A stretch of DNA of 64,000 nt from a virus (taxonomy: Duplodnaviria; Heunggongvirae; Uroviricota; Caudoviricetes): positions 67,454 through 131,453 of the IMG/VR virus record IMGVR_UViG_3300018080_000104; one strand, written 5' to 3'. Made by a program: the position numbers and the translations under genes. The first letter of the stretch is position 1; each line of letters opens with the position of its first letter. Shown in pieces: positions 1 to 9,999 of the stretch. Below the pieces are notes generated by a model, which had not been told where the DNA came from, did not search any database, and worked only from the letters and a program-made list of their open reading frames with translations.

Positions 1-325
1 CTTTTTCGATTGCTGCTTCGAGCCTGGTAACTTTGGTAGCAAGCCGCAAAACTTGTTTTTCCAGAACCGCGATGCGTTGCTTCGACGTTTTTGTGTTTTT
101 CCGGCCACAGACTGTCGGCCAAGGTCGCTTGAAATCGTGTTTCATGGCGTGACTGATAGTTGCTGGCGAGATAGGGAAGCCGAACTTTTTAGAAGCTTCT
201 ATAGCAAATGCTTCTAGTGTGGGCCGCTCTTTTTCGATGCGCGGAATTTGCGTTTCGACCCAATTACCGACAAGGCGGTAAAGGTGGGCGGGTAATCTAC
301 GCAGTTTGGCGTCTGCCGTACTCAT
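1..325 (-). CDS. hypothetical protein, runs off the window edge (MSTADAKLRRL...), basic with a C-terminal coiled-coil-like segment
   Basis: Translated by hand; ATG at 325 overlaps the TGA of the upstream ORF (ATGA) and the frame is open to position 1. Confidence 0.6.
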   Translation of the reverse strand, partial: MSTADAKLRRLPAHLYRLVGNWVETQIPRIEKERPTLEAFAIEASKKFGFPISPATISHAMKHDFKRPWPTVCGRKNTKTSKQRIAVLEKQVLRLATKVTRLEAAIEK

Positions 326-654
326 TCTCCTTCGTGTTGTGGCGAATGTAAAAACGATTCATCTAAATCCTCTTTGGCAATAGGTAACGGGCGCAACCGC
401 CCTGCTTTAGCCTGCGCACGGCGACGAACGGCGTAGCGGCCGTGCTGCTGTCGTGGTAATAGTCCTCGTAGTACGGCCAAGCCGGCATCTCCGTGCTTTG
501 CATACACGATATCCCCCAAAGATTGTGATCTGTCTTTGAGCACTATATCGATAAAAGCTTCCGGATCAAACGGCTTGGCATTTGTGCGCCAGACGGACAT
601 AAGACGGACATCAAACAGCGCCCGAAAAGCAAGAGACCATTCAGCCCGCAGCAT
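322..654 (-). CDS. hypothetical protein
   Basis: C-terminal part of track ORF 322..849; ATG at 654 overlaps the end of the 641..1765 ORF. Confidence 0.55.
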   Translation of the reverse strand: MLRAEWSLAFRALFDVRLMSVWRTNAKPFDPEAFIDIVLKDRSQSLGDIVYAKHGDAGLAVLRGLLPRQQHGRYAVRRRAQAKAGRLRPLPIAKEDLDESFLHSPQHEGE

Positions 655-1765
655 CGCATTTCGTACTATGCACTTTGCGAGCTTTGAGTTTGCGGCTTTT
701 CGCTTTATTGCCCTTGCTGCCCTTGCTGCTTTTGTTGTCTTTTTTCTCTTTACCATTGCGGCTCTCCGTAAGCGGCAGTTTCCAGATTGCAATGCACATT
801 TTTTTAGGCGTACTAGCCCGCGGCATCTTTTGTCGGCACTCGCGATCAAGCCATTTTAGCAGCCTGATATATCTCTTTTGTTCCTGCTCAGCTTGCTTAA
901 TCCTGGCCGGAGATCTGCCTCGTTGCTCTTCTGCGTGCTTTTTGACTTCTGTCCAGAGATGTTTGCGCCAAATACACGTTGGCCATGCTTTAACAAGCGC
1001 ATGAAATTGTGATAAACAGCGATGCTTGTTATGCCCAAATAGCGTATTGAATCGGACGACTTCCTCAGCGAGGATTTCTACTGTAGTTAGATAACTGTCG
1101 TCACCGTATAGATAATCAATACTGCCAATCCGCAGTTTAGATTTTCGACACAGCTGTTGCATAGCTACAAACACGTTTGCTATATGCCGTGTTTTATCAG
1201 GGTGCTTCAGTCTTTCGTTCTTACGCTTAGTCTCTGCTGCCTTTAGGGCTGCTTTGACGCCTTTCGGATTCCACTTTAGTGTGTACCACACGCGTGGTGG
1301 CAACTGTGTACAGCCGTAGTAGTAACGGCCGAATCGAATCGAAATACCGGCATCTTGCAATGACTTGCGAATAGAGCCCCTGGCCCCCAGTTGATAACGA
1401 CTATAAACACTGGCATCGAGTTTGACTTCTTTCAGCTCCGCGACGGTAGCAACTAAACATTGAAAGTCTTTGCATCCGTTATAATCAACATACCGCCCGG
1501 GACTTTCTACAATCGTAAATTTTATATCAGCGTCTAGCGCCCGGGACATCTGGCTGCCGTAGTCGTACCCTCTCCCGCTTAAACAGACACGACTTAAATT
1601 TAGATGCGGCGCTGGATACTTCGTATCAAGCTTTTGGATAGCTTCGCCAACGGTCTCTGCAAAAAGAACATCGTCGGGATCGCTGGCAATAATGTCATCC
1701 CGACGGGGTGTGGCATGCCACACCCCGTCGGAATTTTTTACTATAGCCCAAGTCGTCTTGGTCAT
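641..1765 (-). CDS. hypothetical protein, 374 aa, Lys-rich C-terminus
   Basis: Long ORF whose start abuts the stop of the upstream ORF at 1765. Confidence 0.7.
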   Translation of the reverse strand: MTKTTWAIVKNSDGVWHATPRRDDIIASDPDDVLFAETVGEAIQKLDTKYPAPHLNLSRVCLSGRGYDYGSQMSRALDADIKFTIVESPGRYVDYNGCKDFQCLVATVAELKEVKLDASVYSRYQLGARGSIRKSLQDAGISIRFGRYYYGCTQLPPRVWYTLKWNPKGVKAALKAAETKRKNERLKHPDKTRHIANVFVAMQQLCRKSKLRIGSIDYLYGDDSYLTTVEILAEEVVRFNTLFGHNKHRCLSQFHALVKAWPTCIWRKHLWTEVKKHAEEQRGRSPARIKQAEQEQKRYIRLLKWLDRECRQKMPRASTPKKMCIAIWKLPLTESRNGKEKKDNKSSKGSKGNKAKSRKLKARKVHSTKCDAAG

Positions 1766-2439
1766 TAGACGGGGATGTTCATAATGCGTTGCGTGATGTT
1801 GTTACCGATGATCTCGATCATCTCGCGACCTTCCACCGTCTTAGCCGCTTGGCTGGCTGCCAATTCTCCGGTGATGGTCTCTTCCAGCTCCGGCACTTTA
1901 GACAGCCGTTTGTGCCATGCGAGCTGTTGATTTTTGATCACTTCGATGGCTTCACCCACAGCTTCGATTTTCTTAGCTGTAGTAAGCATGCCGGCCGTCG
2001 TTTTGACGGTGAACGGCACGCTGCAAACGTTTTCACTGGCAAGTGTGCGCTGTCGGAAAACTACGCGCACTTCAAGTGCTTTGGTCTTAGTGCGTGGGTT
2101 GCCCGGCATTTCCAGCTCGTATTCAACTTTGTGTCCAAAAGCAGCCAGTGCTAATGTCATTTCGTCTGCCGGTCCCGTTGCCGCCTTCTTTACGCGCGTC
2201 GCAACAGTATCGCTTAGTTTGTCTGCGAGCTCTTTGCGCTGTTTGTCGAGCTTGTCGATTTCGGCGCGACATTTGGCCAGCTCCTTGTTGACAAGGCTCT
2301 TGGCCCCACTCCGAAAGATTGCCATAATCTGGTCGGTTTGCAATGCAACTTGTAGACTGATTTGTCCTTCGTGTGTTTCCGGGACAACCAATTCCGTGCT
2401 GGTCGTTTTTGCTGATGCGCTTTTCTTAGCTTTTGCCAT
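1765..2439 (-). CDS. hypothetical coiled-coil protein
   Basis: Track ORF 1765..2496; likely start MAKAKK at 2439. Confidence 0.7.
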   Translation of the reverse strand: MAKAKKSASAKTTSTELVVPETHEGQISLQVALQTDQIMAIFRSGAKSLVNKELAKCRAEIDKLDKQRKELADKLSDTVATRVKKAATGPADEMTLALAAFGHKVEYELEMPGNPRTKTKALEVRVVFRQRTLASENVCSVPFTVKTTAGMLTTAKKIEAVGEAIEVIKNQQLAWHKRLSKVPELEETITGELAASQAAKTVEGREMIEIIGNNITQRIMNIPV

Positions 2440-2743
2440 CTTGTTTCTCCGAATTCTTGTTTCGCTTGTTGTAAAACGCTTCCCACAGTGAGACATCGGT
2501 TACGAAGTCCAGCGGATCCATGCCCGCAACGACGCGGCGACTTCCGCGAAGAACAATAATTGTCGTCCGGCCATCATACTGCATGGCATGCTCGCCGATA
2601 ACGACATACGGACTGGGCTTCGGACCAGACGCATAGCGAAAATACACTATATCGCCGCGCTTGATCGATACGTTGTCTCCCGTAACAATTTTCTTGGACG
2701 GAAGCTTGGTAAACTTCACGCCCGGGCATAGATCTCTGAGCAT
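2426..2743 (-). CDS. hypothetical protein (small, possibly SH3/KOW-like)
   Basis: ORF with AAGGA upstream; overlaps the next gene. Confidence 0.6.
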   Translation of the reverse strand: MLRDLCPGVKFTKLPSKKIVTGDNVSIKRGDIVYFRYASGPKPSPYVVIGEHAMQYDGRTTIIVLRGSRRVVAGMDPLDFVTDVSLWEAFYNKRNKNSEKQDGKS

Positions 2744-2811
2744 AATTCAGTCCTTAAAATTGGTTTGCTTGGTAGCGACCGCCGAAAATGCAAGATCGGA
2801 TAAGCAGTAAG

Positions 2812-2834
2812 ATAGTGTCGGGGCTTGCTGATAA
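2812..2834. promoter_or_regulatory. conserved 23-bp intergenic motif, copy 1 (ATAGTGTCGGGGCTTGCTGATAA)
   Basis: 19/23 identical to 14558..14580; both copies are upstream of minus-strand genes. Confidence 0.55.
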
Positions 2835-2876
2835 GTTCCGACGGTTTCTGACTCGCATTCATCCTTGTGGAAGCCA

Positions 2877-4931
2877 TTAGCTGTTTGCACGTATTCGCCG
2901 TTGAAATTCTGCCAAATCAATAATGGGTATGTTCAACTCCCCGGCTTTCGCAATTTTTTTACCTCCCGGCGACCGGCCTGCTACGATAAAGCTCGTTTTG
3001 CTAGTGACAGAACTGCTAGCACGTCCGCCATTTCGGATGATCAGATCCTTGATTTCTTCTCTGTTGAATTGGTCAAACACGCCAGTCGGCACAATCGACA
3101 TATCCGCAAATACGCCGGCATTGGTCCCCGCCTGAGCGGGGCTTCCCTGATCCAGTCCGGATGCAAGCAGCCTTGCAACCAGCTGTTTACCCCTCACGGA
3201 ATCAATGAAGGCGCCCCATGAATCCGCCAGGGCCGTTCCTATGCCCTCCAGAGCGAGCAGAGACGCCCGCGGGGCCGCTAGGATGTCCCAGATGGTCCCA
3301 AGGCGCCGAGCGAGCGTACGCGACGCTGTAAGGCCCAGATGCCGTACGTTGAGTCCGGCCAGCCAGTGCTCCATCGGTCTGGTTTTGGACTGCTCGATCG
3401 CTGCCAACAGCTTATCCCGCTTTTTCTCCCCCACTTTGGGGAGTGTCAAAAGCTCGTCGCTGTGTTCTGCCAGGTGATACAGATCGCTGACATCATAGAA
3501 CCAATCAAACTGTATCAGGGCTTCAACCAGCGTTGGCCCCGTGCCACGAATATCCATGCACTTGCGAGAACAGAAGTGCTCGACAGCTGCTTGGAGCTGC
3601 GCAGGGCAGCTGGTAGTGTTGGTACAACGGACCGCTACACCGCCTTCGTCCTGAACAGCGACAGCCCTGCAAACAGGGCAGGTTGTTGGAAATACGTAGG
3701 GCCTCAGCGACCGTTCGCGCCGGCTCTTCTCAACCCGCACGATATGCGGAATGATTTTGCCGGCTTTCTCGACCACGACGACATCGCCGATTCTGATATC
3801 CAGTCGCTCGATCTCGTTTTTGTTGAACAAGCTGGCACGACTAACGGTGGTTTCAGCCACTTCTACCGGCGCTAATTCGGCTACCGGTGTAAGCGCGCCG
3901 GTTTTGCCGACCTGGATTGTGATGCCTTGCACGGTTGTCTCGGCTTCGTATCGTTCCCATTTGTAGGCAACGCACCAATTCGGATGATGGCCTGTAGCCC
4001 CAAGCATCATCTGCTGGTCGCGACGATCGACTTTAACGACAATACCGTCAACAGGAATGCCGAGCGCCGGCATGGCTTCAATCATTGTCGTAATTGCTTG
4101 CTTGACTTGGTCCCAAGTTAAGTTACAAGCGCCGCTTACACATGGCATACCGCGTACCATGAGTGTATCGAGAAAGACAGAGTGCGTCGTTGCTTGCGCG
4201 CTGAGAGGCACACAATGACCGACGCCATGCGCTACAAACCGTATCTTGCGCCGGTAGCATTCTTCCGAATTCAGTTGTCGAATAGCGCCAGCTGTACTAT
4301 TTCGTGGATTAGCCGGCACTTCACGACCTTCGAGCTCTTCGTTTGCTTTGAACTCGGCAAAATCGGCATTTGTCATGTAAGCTTCGCCGCGTATTTCGAG
4401 AATCTCCGGCATTTGTACGCCGTCAATGCCTATGTTGCTGTTTAACATCAGCGGCAATCCACGAAACGTACGAGCGTTATGCGTAATGATATCGCCGACA
4501 AGCCCGTCGCCGCGGGTTACCGCAGATACGAGTGCGCCATGTTCATAGCGAAGTCCGACGGCGCAGCCATCAATTTTGTAGTCAACAGCGTACGATATAG
4601 GAACATCGCCGAGCAAAGCGACTACCCGCTGATTAAATGCGTCCAGCTCTTCCATGGTCATGCAGTTTGCAATGGACAGCATCGGTACAGCGTGTTCATG
4701 GCGCTCAAGCCCGTCAACGACGCCGCCTCCAACACGCCGTGTCGGACTGTTGGGGTCAGCGAGTTCTGGATTAGCGTTTTCCAGCTCTTGCAGTTCGCGA
4801 AATAACTGATCGTATTCAGTATCCGTTATGAGCGACTGATGATCGACGTAGTATGCTTGATCGTATGCTCTAATTCTGTTTCGCAGCTCGTATATATGAT
4901 CTGCTGTGCGTGGACGTGCAATTCTAGGCAT
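2877..4931 (-). CDS. ligA: NAD-dependent DNA ligase
   Basis: KIDG adenylation motif, EIRGE, VDGIVVK, AYKW, QVGKTG, C4 zinc finger (CPVC..C..C), HhH repeats, C-terminal BRCT. Confidence 0.97.
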   Translation of the reverse strand: MPRIARPRTADHIYELRNRIRAYDQAYYVDHQSLITDTEYDQLFRELQELENANPELADPNSPTRRVGGGVVDGLERHEHAVPMLSIANCMTMEELDAFNQRVVALLGDVPISYAVDYKIDGCAVGLRYEHGALVSAVTRGDGLVGDIITHNARTFRGLPLMLNSNIGIDGVQMPEILEIRGEAYMTNADFAEFKANEELEGREVPANPRNSTAGAIRQLNSEECYRRKIRFVAHGVGHCVPLSAQATTHSVFLDTLMVRGMPCVSGACNLTWDQVKQAITTMIEAMPALGIPVDGIVVKVDRRDQQMMLGATGHHPNWCVAYKWERYEAETTVQGITIQVGKTGALTPVAELAPVEVAETTVSRASLFNKNEIERLDIRIGDVVVVEKAGKIIPHIVRVEKSRRERSLRPYVFPTTCPVCRAVAVQDEGGVAVRCTNTTSCPAQLQAAVEHFCSRKCMDIRGTGPTLVEALIQFDWFYDVSDLYHLAEHSDELLTLPKVGEKKRDKLLAAIEQSKTRPMEHWLAGLNVRHLGLTASRTLARRLGTIWDILAAPRASLLALEGIGTALADSWGAFIDSVRGKQLVARLLASGLDQGSPAQAGTNAGVFADMSIVPTGVFDQFNREEIKDLIIRNGGRASSSVTSKTSFIVAGRSPGGKKIAKAGELNIPIIDLAEFQRRIRANS

Positions 4932-5221
4932 TATTCTTTTCTTCGTTGTCGTGGTTGCTTGATGTTAATTTTATGCAATACTGCACGGAGTACAGCTGAG
5001 ATATCGGCCATGGCGGTATACAGCCTGTCGCGCTGCACATACAAGTCAACATCCTCTTCGAATAATTCATCCGCCAGGAACGTGAACAAACCATCGCCGC
5101 AATGTCTGTCGGTTCGTTTTAGAAAAGCGGCGGCCGTTTCATTCTCTTCGGGTGGATCGATCGGAAGCAGGTCGCTGTCCGGATACGCCGCGTAAAGGTC
5201 TTGAATCGTAAACGTCGTCAT
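4931..5221 (-). CDS. hypothetical protein
   Basis: ORF coupled to ligA (shared base at 4931). Confidence 0.65.
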   Translation of the reverse strand: MTTFTIQDLYAAYPDSDLLPIDPPEENETAAAFLKRTDRHCGDGLFTFLADELFEEDVDLYVQRDRLYTAMADISAVLRAVLHKINIKQPRQRRKE

Positions 5222-5631
5222 TCATCCTCGCTTTCTGGCCACGGTAGGCCACCATATAGATCATCGTCATCATCACCATTATCGGTATTAGGCTTTGGCG
5301 GCTTTTTCGTCGCGTTTTTTGGCACTTTAGTGATATCGACGGTTGCAACTTCTTTTGTGACCAGTTTCCATTGCGGGTTGATTGCCAGCCATTCGTCCCG
5401 CTGGTAATCTGCGACCAATGCCGGCTGCATGAGTGTTAGTATTAGACGTCCACGAGTTGTGTCGTATCCCGCGGCAGCAATGAGCGAGCGCCCGTCCAAA
5501 AACGGATGGCTGATCCAGTCGCCGCGTTGTAGCCTAATATGGTCCGGCAGTGTAATTTCTGCCTCGATTACTTCTCCCGTTTCGTCACAGAATATTATTG
5601 GCTGGTGTATCAGTGCGTAGTAGAATGACAT
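5218..5631 (-). CDS. hypothetical protein with acidic C-terminus
   Basis: ATGA overlap with the next gene. Confidence 0.65.
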   Translation of the reverse strand: MSFYYALIHQPIIFCDETGEVIEAEITLPDHIRLQRGDWISHPFLDGRSLIAAAGYDTTRGRLILTLMQPALVADYQRDEWLAINPQWKLVTKEVATVDITKVPKNATKKPPKPNTDNGDDDDDLYGGLPWPESEDE

Positions 5632-5634
5632 CGA

Positions 5635-5862
5635 CTATTTTCCATTCTTGCAGAATTCCATCACAATTTGCATAAACCGCCACTGCTGTGGTCCTGGTTT
5701 CCGGAGTATCGCGTGATTTATTGCCAGCAACCAACGATCGATTTTAGTTCGTTCGTGTGGTGTCATTACTTCATAGTAATAGCTCAAAACAGCAGCTTCT
5801 CCAGATTCTTGCAGGATTGCTGCAGCTGTTTCAATGCAGGCCGGACGACGTACTTTGGTCAT
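5635..5862 (-). CDS. hypothetical protein
   Basis: ORF with GGAGGA ribosome-binding site. Confidence 0.6.
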   Translation of the reverse strand: MTKVRRPACIETAAAILQESGEAAVLSYYYEVMTPHERTKIDRWLLAINHAILRKPGPQQWRFMQIVMEFCKNGK

Positions 5863-5957
5863 GTTCGTCCTCCATCGATTAAAGTCGATATTGAACTGCA
5901 GCCAGTGGCGCTATTCGCGTATAAGCAAAGCATTTGCTGAATCACGAACTGCCCACA

Positions 5958-6623
5958 TCATTGCCGATCAGGCGAGAAATCGTAGATGGTCACTCCTTCG
6001 GGTATTCCCGGATATTTGCGGCGTATTGCAGCTATAGCCCGTTCATATGTTCCTTTCAACGATAACCTGGCCTGCCTGGCAATTTCATCTACCAATATGT
6101 TGAGATCAACCACACTGCGTTCTACGTGATGGAAGGTAATGCTGTATCCGCTGCTTCGGTATGCATCGATAGCTGTCCATATTTCTTTATGGGCATGCCG
6201 CGACTCCGGATTCATACCGCAAGTGGCTACGACTTGGCTATCTGTTACAATATGGATTTCCATATTGCGGCCAGCAGCGTTGACTTCCCTCTTTCGTCTG
6301 CGCCCTGGGCCGTTTTTGTCCGTATACCACGCCAACAGTTGAATATACGGGAGCAGCTCGGCCAGCGTAATCGTACACGGGCGCATGGCACCGTCGGCTT
6401 CTTTGCGGTGTATGCTGTATCTATCAATAAGAATTCCGCTCCAGCCGGCTCCCATTTCCCAGCCCTGGCCAGAGCCGTCACCTACAATGATCGCGTCCCA
6501 GTCATTTGATCCTTTTAGATTCAAATGTCGGAGCAGCGCTTGCAATGTTGGCAATCCCGTCAGCTGTAGCTTTGTCCTGGTGCGAGCTTTCCGTCGGGCT
6601 TTTGTTGTGTTGTTTGCCATCAA
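5958..6623 (-). CDS. rnhA: ribonuclease H-like protein (RNase HI fold)
   Basis: IVGDGSG (Asp1), AELL (Glu), IVTDSQ (Asp), HHV..NILVDEIA (final Asp); true start may be downstream of 6623. Confidence 0.75.
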   Translation of the reverse strand: MMANNTTKARRKARTRTKLQLTGLPTLQALLRHLNLKGSNDWDAIIVGDGSGQGWEMGAGWSGILIDRYSIHRKEADGAMRPCTITLAELLPYIQLLAWYTDKNGPGRRRKREVNAAGRNMEIHIVTDSQVVATCGMNPESRHAHKEIWTAIDAYRSSGYSITFHHVERSVVDLNILVDEIARQARLSLKGTYERAIAAIRRKYPGIPEGVTIYDFSPDRQ

Positions 6624-6918
6624 TTTCTCGGTTTAGTGATTGTAGCGCCTGTAGACCTTGCAGCATAGCCGCTTCTAGCTGCGCAATGAGGCCCTGTTGA
6701 AATTTGCTTGTCCGACAAACTGCCCGTGTAAGAAATACGGGGTCAGAGACCGGTCCAGCCAAAACAAAGGACGGATCGACGTTGTCACCAAGCTGTGGAT
6801 GATAGATAATTATGCCTAGCATGCCTTCGACTTCAGGCGTATCGTCTATGATTTTGGCGAAGGCAGCTTGCAATTCTTCACTGATTACTTGACTAAAGAG
6901 CTTCGGTGTTTTGTCCAT
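6502..6918 (-). CDS. hypothetical protein
   Basis: Track ORF 6502..7026; likely start MDKTPK at 6918. Confidence 0.55.
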   Translation of the reverse strand: MDKTPKLFSQVISEELQAAFAKIIDDTPEVEGMLGIIIYHPQLGDNVDPSFVLAGPVSDPVFLTRAVCRTSKFQQGLIAQLEAAMLQGLQALQSLNREIDGKQHNKSPTESSHQDKATADGIANIASAAPTFESKRIK

Positions 6919-7279
6919 ATTCTGTTCCTCGGAGTAATAGCGTTGATACTTGCGTGAGTGCCAGCCAGTACAATATAAACCTGCCGATACCTGCAAGCGC
7001 GGGCGGAAACCACAGTAAGACTGCATACATCAACAGCAACAGCCAAAATGCTGCATGGTAGCTCAAGCAAAATGCACAATTGATGCCAAAAGCAAACAGT
7101 GAGCCAAACCAAGCCTGCCAGCGACGACGAGGCGTCTCTTGCTCGTCGTCGATGGCAGGTGATGCCCAGACCGTAAGCCAGTCCCGCAGCTCTTCGAACA
7201 GACCGGGATGGAGCCAGGCATCCACAAGCGCGCGTGGAGCCAGCAATAGCGCAATCAGGTCAAGGCACTCTATTGGCAT
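6893..7279 (-). CDS. membrane protein, DUF1360-like
   Basis: Hydrophobic segments and a CxxCxSxH motif (CAFCLSYH) like the DUF1360 CxWCxSxW motif. Confidence 0.5.
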   Translation of the reverse strand: MPIECLDLIALLLAPRALVDAWLHPGLFEELRDWLTVWASPAIDDEQETPRRRWQAWFGSLFAFGINCAFCLSYHAAFWLLLLMYAVLLWFPPALAGIGRFILYWLALTQVSTLLLRGTEYGQNTEAL

Positions 7280-7294
7280 GACTCTACTACTTTG

Positions 7295-7453
7295 TTAGTC
7301 ACACAGACCACGGCAGACGTGGTATATCGAAAATACGACAATGCCGGCAACGACTAGCGGGCCTAGCCGCTCTACGCCGCCTGGATGCAAGATAACAGCC
7401 AAAACGCAGACTCCGACGACGGCTGTTGCATATCCTAGAAACTGTGAAAACAT
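7295..7453 (-). CDS. small two-transmembrane protein, 52 aa (MFSQFLGYATAVVGVCVLAVIL...)
   Basis: Translated by hand; start overlaps the stop of 7453..7656; two hydrophobic stretches. Confidence 0.5.
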   Translation of the reverse strand: MFSQFLGYATAVVGVCVLAVILHPGGVERLGPLVVAGIVVFSIYHVCRGLCD

Positions 7454-7656
7454 CACGGCGGTCCTAAATGCCACGGGTCGTTGATTGTTAATTGTGTGCT
7501 CGGAGGCACATTTGACGGTAATGGCAGGGGTCGTTTAAGCGTCATGGTCTTGACAGGGATCGCGTCTAAGTCTATACGTGGATTAGGTCCGCGATGTGTC
7601 GGTTTGAGACCATAACGCTCGAGAAACAGCTTTGAAGACTGGTTAATTGTGGCCAT
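7453..7656 (-). CDS. hypothetical protein
   Basis: ORF with AGGAGG ribosome-binding site. Confidence 0.6.
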   Translation of the reverse strand: MATINQSSKLFLERYGLKPTHRGPNPRIDLDAIPVKTMTLKRPLPLPSNVPPSTQLTINDPWHLGPP

Positions 7657-7814
7657 GTATTGATCCTCCTGCTATCAACATACTAAAACCAGCTGTAAAC
7701 TAGCAAGACCAACCAGCCTAGAATTGCAGCAATTATAACGTATTTGACGGGCGCACACCCGTCGGCAATCAGTTTACCGAAATCGTCCAATTTTTCACGA
7801 TCGGATTTACGCAA

Positions 7815-9713
7815 ATGCATACTCCTATTGGCGTTCCAGACGAGGTTTTGACCGCAGCATTGCGGACCATGGAAACAACATATGCCGACGGGCAGCAGCT
7901 ATCACCCGCCGAGCGTGTCAGCCGTTTTGCCCAATTGATGTCGTTCGACGTCATGCACGATTTTGTGCCGGCACTAGGCTTACTGCTGAATCTCAAGGGC
8001 AAGCCGTATACCCTTGACAACTATTTTCCGTTCGAGAGCCTATTCCGCTTCGATCTTCCGAGTAAGTTGTTGTACAAGACAGGGCGGCAAGTCAGCAAAT
8101 CTACATCGATGGCGGCGCACGGCGTAATAGTATCTGCGAGCATTCCAGATTTCACGACGCTATATGTCATGCCGCTTTACGAGCAAGTTCGCCGATTCAG
8201 CACAATGTTTGTTGCGCCGTTCATCGATCAATCGCCTGCCAAACGAATATGGCAGACCGGCGATACTGTCAACAGCGTACTACATCGTTCGTTTCATAAT
8301 CGCTCCAAGATGCTGTTCAGTTTTGCGTTCCTTAGCGCAGATCGGCTTCGTGGAATTTCTGCAGATCGCATTTGCACTGACGAAGTTCAAGATATGCAAC
8401 GAGACCACCTGCCGATTATTGCAGAGACATTGTCTGCAAGCAAATGGGCCATCAGCCAGTATACCGGAACTCCGAAAACGCTCGATAATACGATTCAGAA
8501 ATTATGGGAGGAGAGCAGCCAAGCTGAATGGCTCGTACCATGCTTTCATTGTACAACAAACGGCCATCATACTCTGAACATCCCGTCCATCGAATACCAC
8601 GCCGAAAAAATGATTGGCCCGTGGTCCCGCGACCTCTCAGAAGCAGAACCAGCGACTATCTGTCATAAATGCGGCGGCAAAATCTCGCCGCGTTTTGGGC
8701 GCTGGGATCATCGATACCAGAATCGTGTACGAGAATTTCCCGGTTACCATGTTCCGCAAATCATTATGCCGCTGCATTACGCCGATCCCGAAAAATGGTC
8801 TGTGTTGTTGCAGAAACAGCAGGGCAAGGGCAACACGCCGCCTAACGTCTTTTGGAACGAGGTATTGGGCGAGAGCTACGATACAGCCGCCAAAATTGTC
8901 ACGCTGACCGAGCTCAATGCCGTCTCTAATCTTGGACCATGCAGCCCGCAGAACGCCCAGGCTAAAATGGGCAACTATCAGCTTCGTGTGTTGGCCGTCG
9001 ACTGGGGCGGCGGCGGAGAAAAAGGGCTGTCCTTCACCGCCATAGCGCTTTTGGGACTGCGACATAACGGGTGCATTGATGTGCTTTGGGGCAAACGGTT
9101 GTTAACTCCGCACGACCATATTCTCGAAGCCATTGAAATCAAGCAATACTGGGATCTTTTCAGGCCACACATGCTAGCGCACGATTATACGGGCGCCGGC
9201 AGTTTGCGAGAAACTTTCCTTATCCAAGCCGGTGTTCCTGTCGGACACATCTTTCCCTGTGAATACGTTCGCTCTTCCAAACAAGCACCGTGCTACCATG
9301 TTGCGGCCACCGAACAGCATCCCCGCGACCATTACCGTGTAGACAAAGCCAGATCGCTGCAATTGACGTGCGGCATGATCAAAGTTGGCGCGTTACGCTT
9401 CTTCGATTCGGACTACGTCAGCCAAGAAGACCCCGGACTCATTCTCGATTTTCTTTCGCTGGTTGAAGACAAGGTCACAACCATGGCAGCCGGCGAAGTT
9501 TATCGGATCGATTGCCAGCGCGGCAGTACCGACGATTTCGCGCAAGCCGTGAATATCGGATGCGTAGCTACATGGTACCGAAACAACGCTTGGCCGAACT
9601 TGGCAGAGATGGTAGATATCGTATTGTCGCCGTCGCAGCAACAGCTGCTACGGCCGCTTACACCAGAACAAGAAACTGCTTTGTCGCCGCCAGACGATGC
9701 GTACGAAACCTAA
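7815..9713 (+). CDS. terL: terminase large subunit (GpA-like)
   Basis: GRQVSKST Walker A-like, ICTDEVQD Walker B, TGTPK coupling motif, CxxC zinc pairs, AVDWG RNase H-fold nuclease. Confidence 0.88.
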   Translation: MHTPIGVPDEVLTAALRTMETTYADGQQLSPAERVSRFAQLMSFDVMHDFVPALGLLLNLKGKPYTLDNYFPFESLFRFDLPSKLLYKTGRQVSKSTSMAAHGVIVSASIPDFTTLYVMPLYEQVRRFSTMFVAPFIDQSPAKRIWQTGDTVNSVLHRSFHNRSKMLFSFAFLSADRLRGISADRICTDEVQDMQRDHLPIIAETLSASKWAISQYTGTPKTLDNTIQKLWEESSQAEWLVPCFHCTTNGHHTLNIPSIEYHAEKMIGPWSRDLSEAEPATICHKCGGKISPRFGRWDHRYQNRVREFPGYHVPQIIMPLHYADPEKWSVLLQKQQGKGNTPPNVFWNEVLGESYDTAAKIVTLTELNAVSNLGPCSPQNAQAKMGNYQLRVLAVDWGGGGEKGLSFTAIALLGLRHNGCIDVLWGKRLLTPHDHILEAIEIKQYWDLFRPHMLAHDYTGAGSLRETFLIQAGVPVGHIFPCEYVRSSKQAPCYHVAATEQHPRDHYRVDKARSLQLTCGMIKVGALRFFDSDYVSQEDPGLILDFLSLVEDKVTTMAAGEVYRIDCQRGSTDDFAQAVNIGCVATWYRNNAWPNLAEMVDIVLSPSQQQLLRPLTPEQETALSPPDDAYET

Positions 9714-9991
9714 CTGTCTTCGTCGTAATTTAGCGTATCGCGAGCATGTTTGGGCAGCGACTGATAGATGTACCACAGCTTTTCGCAGATATCGTGGATA
9801 TGCGTCGCTTGTTCTTGTGTCACATTATTTGCTGTCTCGTGTTTTGCAATCTGCTGCAGCTCTATGATTTCTGGTTTGCTTTTGAATATAAAAGCATGAT
9901 GTGCTTCAGACACAAACTGCAGCAACGCTTCGAATTCGCACAACTGCGACATTGCAACGCCGCACAGATCGGCCATATGCATTGCATTCAT
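9710..9991 (-). CDS. hypothetical protein
   Basis: Track ORF 9710..10039; likely start MNAMH at 9991; converges on terL. Confidence 0.55.
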   Translation of the reverse strand: MNAMHMADLCGVAMSQLCEFEALLQFVSEAHHAFIFKSKPEIIELQQIAKHETANNVTQEQATHIHDICEKLWYIYQSLPKHARDTLNYDEDS

Positions 9992-9999
9992 AGTTGCAC

